NCBI GenBank assembly: GCA_963700145.1
Contig: OY969474.1
Location: 1,248,001-1,312,000 of the forward strand
DNA: 64,000 nucleotides
Reading direction: 5' to 3'
Origin: an uncultured Acidobacteriota bacterium
GTDB lineage: Bacteria; Acidobacteriota; Thermoanaerobaculia; Multivoradales; UBA5704
This document shows positions 38,515-47,091 of this stretch, piece by piece. Both the position numbers and the translations under genes were made by a program. Position 1 is the first letter of the stretch. Every line of letters begins with the position of its first letter. The notes under the pieces are model-generated. The model searched no databases and had not been told where the DNA came from. It saw nothing but the letters and a program-made list of their open reading frames with translations.

Positions 38515-39792
38515 GTGACGGCGACCGACATCCGGCGCACCATCGACGCAGTCTGGAGGATCGAGTCGGCCCGGCTGATCGCCGGGCTGGCGCGGATCGT
38601 CCGCGACGTCGGCCTCGCCGAGGACCTGGCGCAGGACGCGCTCGTCGCGGCGCTCGAGCGGTGGCCCGAGGCGGGCGTCCCGGACAAGCCGGGCGCCTGG
38701 CTCATGGCCGCCGCCAAGCACCGGGCGATCGACCAGCTGCGCCGGCGGGCGCTGCTCGAGCGCAAGCACGACGAGCTGGGGCGCGAGCTGGAGGCCCAGC
38801 GGGAGGAGGAGGCGCCGGACCTCGACGCCGCGCTCGACGACCCGGTCGGCGACGACCTCCTGCGCCTAGTCTTCATCTGCTGCCACCCGGTCCTGGCGAC
38901 CGAGGCGCGCGTGGCCCTCACCCTGCGCCTCCTCGGCGGCCTGACCACCGAGGAGATCGCGCGCGCCTTCCTCACGCCGGTGCCGACCGTCGCCCAGCGC
39001 ATCGTGCGCGCCAAGCGCACCCTCGCCGAAGCGGGCGTGCCGTTCGAGGTGCCGCGCGGCGGCGAGCTGGCTGCCCGTCTCGCGTCGGTCCTGGAGGTCG
39101 TCTACCTGATCTTCAACGAGGGCTACGCGGCGACCGCCGGCGACGACTGGATGCGCCCGGCGCTGTGCGAGGACGCGCTCCGCTTGGGCCGCATCCTGGC
39201 CGAGCTGGCGCCGCGGGAGCCGGAGGTCCACGGCCTGGTCGCGCTGATGGAGATCCAGGCGTCGCGCGCGCCCGCCCGGGTGGGCCCCGCGGGCGAGCCG
39301 ATCCTGCTCCTCGACCAGGACCGCGGGCGTTGGGACTACGTCCTCATCGGGCGCGGCCTGGCGGCCCTCGAGCGCGCCGAGCGGCTCGGCGGCGCCGGCG
39401 GCCCATACGCGCTGCAGGCCGCGATCGCCGCCTGCCACGCGCGGGCGCGGACGCCGGAGGAGACCGACTGGCGGCGCATCGCGGCGCTCTACGAGGCCCT
39501 CGCCAGGCTCGCGCCCTCCCCCGTCGTCGAGCTGAACCGGGCGGTGGCGGTGGGGATGGCGTCCGGTCCGGCGGCGGGCCTGGCGCTGGTCGATGCGCTG
39601 ACCGCGGAGCCGGCGCTCGCCGGCTACCCGTTCCTGCCCAGCGTGCGCGGCGACCTCCTCGCCAAGATCGGCCGCCACGCCGAGGCGCAGGTGGACTTCG
39701 AGCGCGCGGCGTCGCTCACCGCCAACGCCCGCGTGCGGGCGCTGCTTCTCAAGCGCGCCGCCGCCTGCGCGGGGGAGGCCCAGTCGCCTTAG
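38515..39792 (+). CDS. ECF sigma factor with C-terminal TPR-like extension (ECF42 type)
   Basis: RDVGLAEDLAQDAL, DDLLRLVFICCHP, YLIFNEGY, PYALQAAIAACH, SPVVELNRAVA. Confidence 0.92.
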   Translation: MTATDIRRTIDAVWRIESARLIAGLARIVRDVGLAEDLAQDALVAALERWPEAGVPDKPGAWLMAAAKHRAIDQLRRRALLERKHDELGRELEAQREEEAPDLDAALDDPVGDDLLRLVFICCHPVLATEARVALTLRLLGGLTTEEIARAFLTPVPTVAQRIVRAKRTLAEAGVPFEVPRGGELAARLASVLEVVYLIFNEGYAATAGDDWMRPALCEDALRLGRILAELAPREPEVHGLVALMEIQASRAPARVGPAGEPILLLDQDRGRWDYVLIGRGLAALERAERLGGAGGPYALQAAIAACHARARTPEETDWRRIAALYEALARLAPSPVVELNRAVAVGMASGPAAGLALVDALTAEPALAGYPFLPSVRGDLLAKIGRHAEAQVDFERAASLTANARVRALLLKRAAACAGEAQSP

Positions 39793-39925
39793 TTTCGGAC
39801 CGCCATGGCGGACGACCTCGATCACCGTCTCCATGAGGCCATTGCGAAAGGCGCAAGGAGACCAGCAGGGCTCGCCGGCCTCCCGAGCCCTCCCCTACCT
39901 CAGGCCAGCTGCTAGCGCCAGAGCG

Positions 39926-40186
39926 TTAGCACCGGCTGATGCCGCAGGTCACCGGCGGAATGCCCCAGCGGGTCTTGCAACAGGCCTTCCACCGGCCGAA
40001 ATTCGGTATGTTGAAGCACTTGTTACCGAAGAACGGCAGCGTGAAACACTTCCGCCCGCCGCCGACCTGCACGCATGGGGTGCACAGACTTAGCTGGGGC
40101 GCCACACCGGGCTCGCTCCAGGCGGCCGCCCCCGCGAAGGAGCTCATCGACCGGTCCGCGGGCTGAGATTGCGTTGGCATGCGCAT
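39926..40186 (-). CDS. Putative RiPP precursor 1: leader + GVAPQ + cationic 8-Cys core
   Basis: GAAGGAG SD; 86 aa; leader homologous to the neighbouring peptide. Confidence 0.8.
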   Translation of the reverse strand: MRMPTQSQPADRSMSSFAGAAAWSEPGVAPQLSLCTPCVQVGGGRKCFTLPFFGNKCFNIPNFGRWKACCKTRWGIPPVTCGISRC

Positions 40187-40273
40187 GACTGTGTTCTCCT
40201 TCCTCGTGTGAGGTAGTCCTTTTGGCGCTCGGATTACCGCAGCCGCGATGGGCCTGCGGCCGGTCGCGCCGCG

Positions 40274-40477
40274 TCACTCTCCCGACTCGTCGTACTCTCC
40301 CGACTCGTCGTACTCTCCCGACTCGTCGTACTCTCCCGACTGGCCCCCTTCTTCGCCGTCGTCGTGCTCGTCCTCCGCGCCGTGCGGGAGGACGCCGACC
40401 TGATCGGGGTTCAGGCCGCGCCATGGGCGACGACGGGCGTCGCGGGCCGCTGGCTCCGACTGGGTTGGCGGACGCAT
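40274..40477 (-). CDS. Putative RiPP precursor 2: leader + GVLPH + acidic SGEYDE-repeat core
   Basis: AAAGGAG SD before MRPPTQSEPAAR; 67 aa. Confidence 0.75.
   Translation of the reverse strand: MRPPTQSEPAARDARRRPWRGLNPDQVGVLPHGAEDEHDDGEEGGQSGEYDESGEYDESGEYDESGE
40277..40341. repeat. Exact 18-bp tandem repeat (about 3.6 copies) encoding SGEYDE
   Basis: CTCTCCCGACTCGTCGTA x3 plus a partial copy. Confidence 0.95.
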
Positions 40478-40543
40478 CGTGCCTTCTCCTTTCGGGGTTA
40501 ACCCCGTCCGCACGCCGGGCGGGGCGGAATCAACAACATCGGC

Positions 40544-42634
40544 TCAACGCAAGGCCCACGAGCGGACCGGGCCGACGAGCACGGGAACGACGTCGCTCAC
40601 ATCCACGGTGAAGCGGTACGCCGTCCGGGCGTGGCCGAGCGCGTCCTCGGGATCGAAGAAGATCAAGCGCACGTCCCAGCAGTCGCTGTCAGGACGGCAG
40701 ATGGGGCTGGGCTCAACCCCGATTTCGTCGAGCTGCAGCTTTCTCCTTGCCGCGTTCTCGAAGACTTGCGCAAGATTGAACGCGTTGGTCGCGGCGAAGT
40801 TCAGCGCCCGTTCTTGGGGCGTCTGACCCGTGTTGCGCACCTCGAAGTAGATGCGCTCGAGGAAATCGCGAATCCCTTGGGACTTCGCATCGAATTCCTT
40901 CCTTTGGGCTTCGGTCGCGGGCTTCTTGCCGGCGACTAACGCCACCAGCACGGCGGTCGCCCAGTTGAACATCCCGCGCAACTCGGGGACCAGGACCGGA
41001 ACCGGCTGGCCGGTCAGCAGGGTCACGTTCCCGTCCAGCACCCCCGGGACGCTGACGCGCTCGGCCTTCCCGTCGATCTGATCGGCAAAGAACTCCAGCA
41101 ACCGACCGTACGTCTCGCGCGCGAACGCGCCCTGAGGGCGCAGAGCGTAGATGGGCGTGGCGTCGTGGTTGAGCGTCCACAGGATCGCCGCGGCGAAGTG
41201 GTGATTGCCCTCCCTGCTCACGAACTCGAGCAGGTCGCGCGGGTTGGTGGGGAACTTGCCCTCGTCCATCTCGGCATTGATCGCGTCGAGCCGCGCCTGC
41301 GAGCCGAAGTCGTAGCCGAGTTCGGCAAGAGCGTAGACGAGCCCGCCGCCCTGCTGGCATGCGCAGTCCGACGGGGACAATCCGCGGGACGCGCGCAACG
41401 CGGGTCGCCGACCGGGCATCGCCTGCGCCTGGAGCGCGGAGGGCTCGGTGTTCTCGTCTTCGCTCTCGTCTTCTTCCGGGGCCGAGGCCGTGCCCGGCGC
41501 CGGCGTTGGAGTGGCGCAACCACACGAACAAGACGGGCTCACTCCCTCCGCCGGCCCGGCGTCTACGAGCGCGCCTCTCGGCAGCGGAGATGCAGCGGTG
41601 TTGACCACTTCGCTCATGTCCATCGCTCCTTTCACGTAGAGGTCGAATGCTCGAACTGCATCGACACGCCCGGCGAGGAGCCGCTGGCAGTCGCGCCGAT
41701 CCTCCAGGTCACATGGCGAGACCGAGCGCAGCAGCGCATCGCGCAGATCGCGCGTGTCGCGCGGCGTGAGGCGGTTTCTCCGCGCCAGCCGGGCGCTGAG
41801 TAGGAGCCCTGCCAGCCCGGCGACCAGAGGCGCAGCGCACGAAGTCCCGGTCCGACGCTCGTACCCGCCCCCGGGGACGGCGCCGAGCAGCGACTCGCCC
41901 GGCGCGACCACGCCCTGGCGCAGGTACACCCTGCCGAAGTTGCTGGACTCGCTCGGCGCACCGTGAAGCCCGTGCGCGCCCACCGTCAGGACCGTCGGCA
42001 ACGCGGCCGGGAGATGGAGGCAGTCGCACCCGTCGTTGCCGGCGGCGGCAACGACCAAGACCCCTCGTCGCGCGCATAGCTCGACGGCGCGCACGAGGCG
42101 CCGATCGGCCGTGCCTGCGTGCCCGGGCTGCCCGCTGCTGATGTTGATCACGTGCGCCCCGTAGCCGACGGCGGCTTCGACCGCGCGGGCCAGGTCGCTC
42201 TGCGCGCAGGGGCGGATCGCTCCCGGCAAGGCCGGGTGATCGGAGAAGATCGGGATCACGATCCCGCGGCAACGCGGCGCGACACCCTTCAGCGGCCCAG
42301 CTCCGTGCTGCGCGAAGATTAGGCTGGCGACGTGTGTCCCGTGCCCGCAGGAGCCAGTGCCGGCGCAACGGGACCCGCCGCTCGCCCAGGGCATCGTCAG
42401 TCGGGCACCACCCAGCGACGGGTGCGACACATCGACTGGCCCGTCGAGAACTGCGATGCACACGCGTGCATCGCCCAGGGTCTGACGCCACACGTTCTCG
42501 AGGCCCGGGAGCGGGCAGCCTTCCAGCTCGCCTGCGTGAATGCCCTCCCGCGTTCCAGCGCAAGGCCGGGTGTGCAGAGCCGACTCCCATGAACTCGTCG
42601 CTTCCAAAAGGACCACGCCTCGCCAGTTCGACAA
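40544..42634 (-). CDS. PatA/PatG-family cyanobactin-type S8 protease with C-terminal PatG domains
   Basis: LPGL..W..TLGD, IAVLDGPVD, HGTHVAS, AAAGNDG, GTSCAAP; C-terminal VYAL.ELGYDFG, ERALNFAATN, SPICRPDSDCWDV, YRFTVDVSDVVPV..W. Start uncertain. Confidence 0.92.
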   Translation of the reverse strand: MSNWRGVVLLEATSSWESALHTRPCAGTREGIHAGELEGCPLPGLENVWRQTLGDARVCIAVLDGPVDVSHPSLGGARLTMPWASGGSRCAGTGSCGHGTHVASLIFAQHGAGPLKGVAPRCRGIVIPIFSDHPALPGAIRPCAQSDLARAVEAAVGYGAHVINISSGQPGHAGTADRRLVRAVELCARRGVLVVAAAGNDGCDCLHLPAALPTVLTVGAHGLHGAPSESSNFGRVYLRQGVVAPGESLLGAVPGGGYERRTGTSCAAPLVAGLAGLLLSARLARRNRLTPRDTRDLRDALLRSVSPCDLEDRRDCQRLLAGRVDAVRAFDLYVKGAMDMSEVVNTAASPLPRGALVDAGPAEGVSPSCSCGCATPTPAPGTASAPEEDESEDENTEPSALQAQAMPGRRPALRASRGLSPSDCACQQGGGLVYALAELGYDFGSQARLDAINAEMDEGKFPTNPRDLLEFVSREGNHHFAAAILWTLNHDATPIYALRPQGAFARETYGRLLEFFADQIDGKAERVSVPGVLDGNVTLLTGQPVPVLVPELRGMFNWATAVLVALVAGKKPATEAQRKEFDAKSQGIRDFLERIYFEVRNTGQTPQERALNFAATNAFNLAQVFENAARRKLQLDEIGVEPSPICRPDSDCWDVRLIFFDPEDALGHARTAYRFTVDVSDVVPVLVGPVRSWALR

Positions 42635-42740
42635 CCCAAGCTAGGGAACAATGTAGACTCTTCCATAATAGCGTTACACATGATAAGACTGTAGTCAATA
42701 GCTGCTAGATAGATTATTCGACATGACGCTAGGTTTGAAG
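42635..42740 (-). promoter_or_regulatory. AT-rich probable promoter region of the protease/peptide operon
   Basis: Sharp AT enrichment in a GC-rich genome; TTGACT -35-like hexamer on the minus strand; no confident -10. Confidence 0.4.
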
Positions 42741-43138
42741 AGGCAGACGTTGGGCACAGCGCGGGCGATCTCCCCGCCAAGCTCGGCGCCTCGACGAGGC
42801 CGTGCGGAGTTCGAATCCGCGGCGTTGCCGACGCACTCCCGCGAGCGCGCGTTGCTCCTCGAGCGCGCCGCCGTGTGCGCGCGGAGCAGCGCGGCCCGAG
42901 CCGCGGTGACGAACGAGGCCTGGAGCCGTTGCTCGTCCGTCCACGCTCGTCGTGCTGCAGTTAGAGGTGCAGGGACCTAACGCCCACCAGGGGCGCCACT
43001 GTCGCGCCCGGTTATACCGACATCCTCACCACCACCCACGACATCAATGATCGCGGGTTGATCACGGGTAGGGCTTCCGATCCGGATACTGGCGAGCGCC
43101 CTGCGCTCTCGGCAACCCCGAACCCGTAGGCGCGGCGG

Positions 43139-43504
43139 CTACCGCGTGGTGCGGGTGCGCCAGACCCAGGCGTAGACGGCGAGGTTGACAGCGAGGACGA
43201 AGAGCCCGAGCGCGAGCTGCAGACCGCGGGTGAGGCCCTGCGGGTAGAGCAGCGCGACGACGTAGTGCTCGACGAAGCCGCCGCGGTAGCCGGCCTCGCC
43301 GCCGAGGCGGCGCAGCGCCTGCTCGAGCGGCGTCAACGGGCAGATCCAGCCCCAGAACTCGATCGCCGCCCCCCAGGCCGCCGCCGGTAGGTGGACCCAG
43401 GCGGCGCGCGGCCAGCGCAGCGCCAGCAAGCCGCCGAGCACCACGAAGACGACGAAGGCGGCGTGAAGGACGAGGACGCCGTCGGCGGCGAGGCGGTAGA
43501 GCAT
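43139..43504 (-). CDS. DUF2784 membrane protein
   Basis: H..F..FVVLGG, HLPA..W, CPLTPLE..LR..G..Y.GGF..HY. Confidence 0.88.
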   Translation of the reverse strand: MLYRLAADGVLVLHAAFVVFVVLGGLLALRWPRAAWVHLPAAAWGAAIEFWGWICPLTPLEQALRRLGGEAGYRGGFVEHYVVALLYPQGLTRGLQLALGLFVLAVNLAVYAWVWRTRTTR

Positions 43505-43522
43505 GGCGCTCGTTCCTGGAGG

Positions 43523-44650
43523 CTATCCCCCCGTCAGGGTCTCGGCGCGCACCGTGAGGTCGTCCACGCGGTCCATGTCCACCTCGACGCCCATGCCCGG
43601 GCGGTCGAGCGGCACGCGGATGCGGCCGTCGCCGTCCATCGTCCACTCCGGGCGCACGATGTCGCGCTCCCAGTAGCGCTCGGACGGCGAGACGTCGCCG
43701 GGAAGGGTGAAGTTGGGCAGCGAAGCGATCGCCACGTTGTGGGCGCGGCCGACGCCGCTCTCCAGCATGCCGCCGCACCAGACCGGCACGCCGTGAGCGG
43801 CGCAGAGGTCGTGGATCGCCAGCGCCTGCGCGTGGCCGCCGACGCGGCCGATCTTGATGTTCACGATGCGGCCGGCGCCGAGCGCGATCATGTCCTCGGC
43901 GCGGTCGGCGCCGGTGATCGACTCGTCGAGGCAGATCGGCGTCGCCAGGTGCTTCTGGAGCGCCGCGTGGCGCAGCAGGTCGTCCCAGGCGAGCGGCTGC
44001 TCGATCATCAGCAGGTGCAGCGGGTCCCAGGCGGCGAGGTGGTCGGCGTCGTCGAGGGTGTAGGCATTGTTGGCGTCGGCCATGAGCGGCGCCTCCGGGC
44101 CGAGCGCCTCGCGCGCCGCGCGCAGGTACGGCAGGTCGAGCCCCGGCGCCACCTTGATCTTGACCTTCCGGTAGCCGCGCGCCAGCGCCGCGCGTGCCTT
44201 CTCGACGAGCGCTTCTGGGCTCTCCTGGATACCGAGCGAGATCCCCACCTCGATCGTCTCGCGCGTGCCGCCGAGGAGGCGCGCCAGCGGCACCCCCTGC
44301 CGCCGCGCCGCCAGCTCCCAGAGCGCCGTCTCGACTGCCGCCTTCGCCATGTGGTGGCCGCGGAAGTCGCGCTGCAGGACCGGATGGACCTCCCGCGGGT
44401 CGGCGAAGTCGCGCCCGAGGACGCGCGGCGCCACCCACTCGCGCAGCGCGTGCCAGGCGGTGTCGGCGGTCTCCGGGCCGTAGTTGGGCCGCTCGCCGGC
44501 CGTGCACTCCCCCCACCCCGCGCCGCCGTCGCCGTCCACCACCCGCACCAGCAGGATCCGCCGCTCGTGCTCCACCCCCGACGAGATGCGAAACGGCTCC
44601 TTGAGCGGCAGGCGGATCTCCCGCAGCTCGATCGCGGCGACCGGCGGCAT
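43523..44650 (-). CDS. menC: o-Succinylbenzoate synthase / N-acylamino acid racemase (NAAAR-type)
   Basis: KVKIK, MADAN, MIEQP, ICLDES, NIK.GRVGG, WCGGMLE, LPGD.S.S.RYW. Confidence 0.9.
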   Translation of the reverse strand: MPPVAAIELREIRLPLKEPFRISSGVEHERRILLVRVVDGDGGAGWGECTAGERPNYGPETADTAWHALREWVAPRVLGRDFADPREVHPVLQRDFRGHHMAKAAVETALWELAARRQGVPLARLLGGTRETIEVGISLGIQESPEALVEKARAALARGYRKVKIKVAPGLDLPYLRAAREALGPEAPLMADANNAYTLDDADHLAAWDPLHLLMIEQPLAWDDLLRHAALQKHLATPICLDESITGADRAEDMIALGAGRIVNIKIGRVGGHAQALAIHDLCAAHGVPVWCGGMLESGVGRAHNVAIASLPNFTLPGDVSPSERYWERDIVRPEWTMDGDGRIRVPLDRPGMGVEVDMDRVDDLTVRAETLTGG

Positions 44651-44661
44651 GGCGGCGCAGG

Positions 44662-46224
44662 CTAGCAGAGCGGCAGGCGCACCTCGACCGCGGCGCCGCC
44701 TTCGGGCCGGTTGCGGATCGCCACCGTGCCGCCGTAGCCCTCGACGATCGCCTTGACGATGGCGAGGCCGAGGCCGCTGTGGCCGTTGCGGGCGCCGGCT
44801 TCGTTCGGGCGCCAGGTGAAGAAGCGGTCGAAGACGCGCGGCAGGTGCTCGGGGGGGACGCCGGGGCCCTCGTCCGCCACCGTGGCGACGCCGGCGCCGT
44901 CGGCGACCGCCAGCTCGACCGCGACGCGGCCGCCGGGGGGCGACAGCTCGACCGCGTTGTCGAGCAGGTTCTCGAAGACCTGCGTCACCCGCTCCGGCGC
45001 GCCGCGCACCTCGACCGGCCCCGGCGGCAGCGCCAGGTCGATGGCGACGCCGCGCGGCGCCCGCTCCCGCCAGCTTTCGACCAGGCCGGGCAGGAGCTCG
45101 TGGAGCGGCACCGCGCCCGCCGGCTCGGAGTCGAGGCGGGCGTCGATCCAGCCGATCTCGCGCACGCCGGAGAGGAGCCGCTCCATCCGCGCCACCTCGC
45201 GCTGCACGACGGCGGCGAAGCGCGCCCGCTCCTCGGGCGTCTCCACCTCGGCGAGCAGCTCGGCGGCGCTGCGCACCGCGGCGAGCGGGTTCTTGAGCTC
45301 GTGCGAGAGGTCGGCGGCGAAAGCCTCGACGGACCCCAGGTGCCCTTCGATCTGCCGCGTCAGCTGCTCGAGGGCGCGCGCCAGGTCGCCGATCTCGTCG
45401 CGCCGCCGCGAGCCGCGGAAGCGGCCGCGCAGCCGGCCGCGGCGGTCGACCAGGGCGTCGGCCTCGTCGCGCAGGCGCTCCAGCGGGCGGGCGATCGTGG
45501 TGGCAAAGAGCAGGGTGAGGACGGCCGCGGCGACGACGGAGGCCAGGAACACGCGCAGGATGCCGAGGCGCACTTGGTCGAGGGCGCCGAGGATCCGCCA
45601 GGTGGACTGCGAGACCAGGACTGCACCGACCACCTGCCCGCCGCTGCGCACGGGGATGGCGCTGTGCAGCGTCTGCGAGCGGCCGTCGCCGGTGGCGCGC
45701 GTCAGGGCGCCGTAGCGGCCGGCGAGGGCGGCGCGCACCGCCGGCTCCGGCCAGGCCGGCGGCGGGGTCCAGGTGTAGTCGGCGTAGTCCGGCGGGCGCA
45801 CTCCCGCGAGCCGCTGGCGCAGGCGGTAGAGGGCGGCGCCCACGCGGTAGAGCGGGTCCGAGCGCGCCGGCGAGGGCGGCGAGAACACCAACTTCGCGAC
45901 AGGGTCCGGGTCGGCGGCGGAGGTGTCGCCGATGACGTCGCCGCGCCGGTCGACGACCCGCAGCCGCGCGTCGACGCGGCGGCGGAGCCGCGCCAGCGCC
46001 GCCTGCGCCTCCTCGGGGGCCAGCTCGCCGCGCTCCCCGAGCGCCGCCGCCAGGACCCGCCCCTGCTGCACCATCGCCCGCTCCTGCCCCACCAGGAGCT
46101 GGCGCTCGTAGGTCTGGAGGTAGAGCGACCCCGCGACCGGCAGGAAGACGAGCAGGAGGTTGAGCAGCAGCAGGCGGACGGAGATCCGCGCCAGCGGCGG
46201 GCGGTAGCGCCGTGGTGCGCGCAC
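44662..46224 (-). CDS. Sensor histidine kinase (HAMP-HisKA-HATPase; ChvG/CreC-like)
   Basis: RDEIGDL, SHELKNPL, NLLDNA, DEGPG, GLGLAIV; GTG start. Confidence 0.9.
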   Translation of the reverse strand: MRAPRRYRPPLARISVRLLLLNLLLVFLPVAGSLYLQTYERQLLVGQERAMVQQGRVLAAALGERGELAPEEAQAALARLRRRVDARLRVVDRRGDVIGDTSAADPDPVAKLVFSPPSPARSDPLYRVGAALYRLRQRLAGVRPPDYADYTWTPPPAWPEPAVRAALAGRYGALTRATGDGRSQTLHSAIPVRSGGQVVGAVLVSQSTWRILGALDQVRLGILRVFLASVVAAAVLTLLFATTIARPLERLRDEADALVDRRGRLRGRFRGSRRRDEIGDLARALEQLTRQIEGHLGSVEAFAADLSHELKNPLAAVRSAAELLAEVETPEERARFAAVVQREVARMERLLSGVREIGWIDARLDSEPAGAVPLHELLPGLVESWRERAPRGVAIDLALPPGPVEVRGAPERVTQVFENLLDNAVELSPPGGRVAVELAVADGAGVATVADEGPGVPPEHLPRVFDRFFTWRPNEAGARNGHSGLGLAIVKAIVEGYGGTVAIRNRPEGGAAVEVRLPLC

Positions 46225-46232
46225 GCGCGGCC

Positions 46233-46946
46233 TCAGTCCTGCCGCCAGCGGTAGCCGAGCCCGTACACGGTCTCGATCCCGCCATCGCCGGCGGCGTCCG
46301 CCTCGGCGAGCTTCCGCCGCAGCCGCTTGACGTGGCTGTCGATCGTGCGGTCGCTGGCGTAGGCGTCGTGCGGGTAGGCCTCGGCAAGGAGCTGGGCGCG
46401 GGTCTTGACGTGCCCGGGGTGGCGGGCGAGCGCGTGCAGCAGGTGGAACTCGGTGACCGTGAGCTGCAGCGGGCGCTCCGCCCAGCGCGCCTGGTAGCGG
46501 CGGAGGTCGAGCTCCAGGCTGCCCAGCCGCAGCACCCGCTCCTCCGCCCCGCCCGCCGGCTCGTCGCGCAGCGCCGCCCGCCGCAGCAGGACGCGGATGC
46601 GCGCCACCAGCTCGCGCATCGAGAACGGCTTGCACAGGTAGTCGTCGGCCCCCAGCTCGAGGCCGAGCACGCGGTCGAACTCCTCGTCGCGCGAGGTCAG
46701 GAAGAGGATCGGCAGCCGCTCGGAGAGGGCGCGCAGGCGGCGGCAGAGCTCGCGCCCGTCCAGGCGCGGCAGCAGGATGTCGAGCACCGCGACGTCCGGC
46801 AGGCCGCGCGCGAAGACCTCCCAGGCGGCGAGGCCGTCGGCGTGGAGCTCGACGCGGAAGCCCTCGCGGCGGAGGGCGTAGCCGACCGTCTCGCGCAGGT
46901 CGGGCTCGTCGTCGACGACGGCGATGAGCGGGGCGGGCGCGGTCAC
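46233..46946 (-). CDS. OmpR-family response regulator (ChvI/CreB-like)
   Basis: VDDE, LDILLP, GADDYL.KPFS, RTIDSHVKRLR, IETVYGLGY. Confidence 0.92.
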   Translation of the reverse strand: MTAPAPLIAVVDDEPDLRETVGYALRREGFRVELHADGLAAWEVFARGLPDVAVLDILLPRLDGRELCRRLRALSERLPILFLTSRDEEFDRVLGLELGADDYLCKPFSMRELVARIRVLLRRAALRDEPAGGAEERVLRLGSLELDLRRYQARWAERPLQLTVTEFHLLHALARHPGHVKTRAQLLAEAYPHDAYASDRTIDSHVKRLRRKLAEADAAGDGGIETVYGLGYRWRQD

Positions 46947-47091
46947 GCCGGCAATCTAGCGCAAGGCGCCGGCCGCCCCGCCCGCCGCCACACCGCCGCC
47001 ACAATCTTGCGCCCTCCCGCCGCGCCGCCTCCGTCTTCGGACCCTGCGGGTGCGCTCTCCTTTCGTCGGACGACGAAAAGGAGACGACGCC

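Noticed and set aside
40277-40341. CRISPR or non-coding repeat
   Set aside because: The 18-bp unit is in frame within an SD-preceded ORF and has no spacers.
40544-42634. Canonical cyanobactin (patA-G) cluster
   Set aside because: There is no PatE-type precursor, heterocyclase, oxidase, prenyltransferase or second protease in the locus.
42740-43135. Integron attC sites or a small gene upstream of the protease
   Set aside because: GTTRRR and CTAAC hexamers occur, but no paired L/R box structure could be built and no integrase is present.
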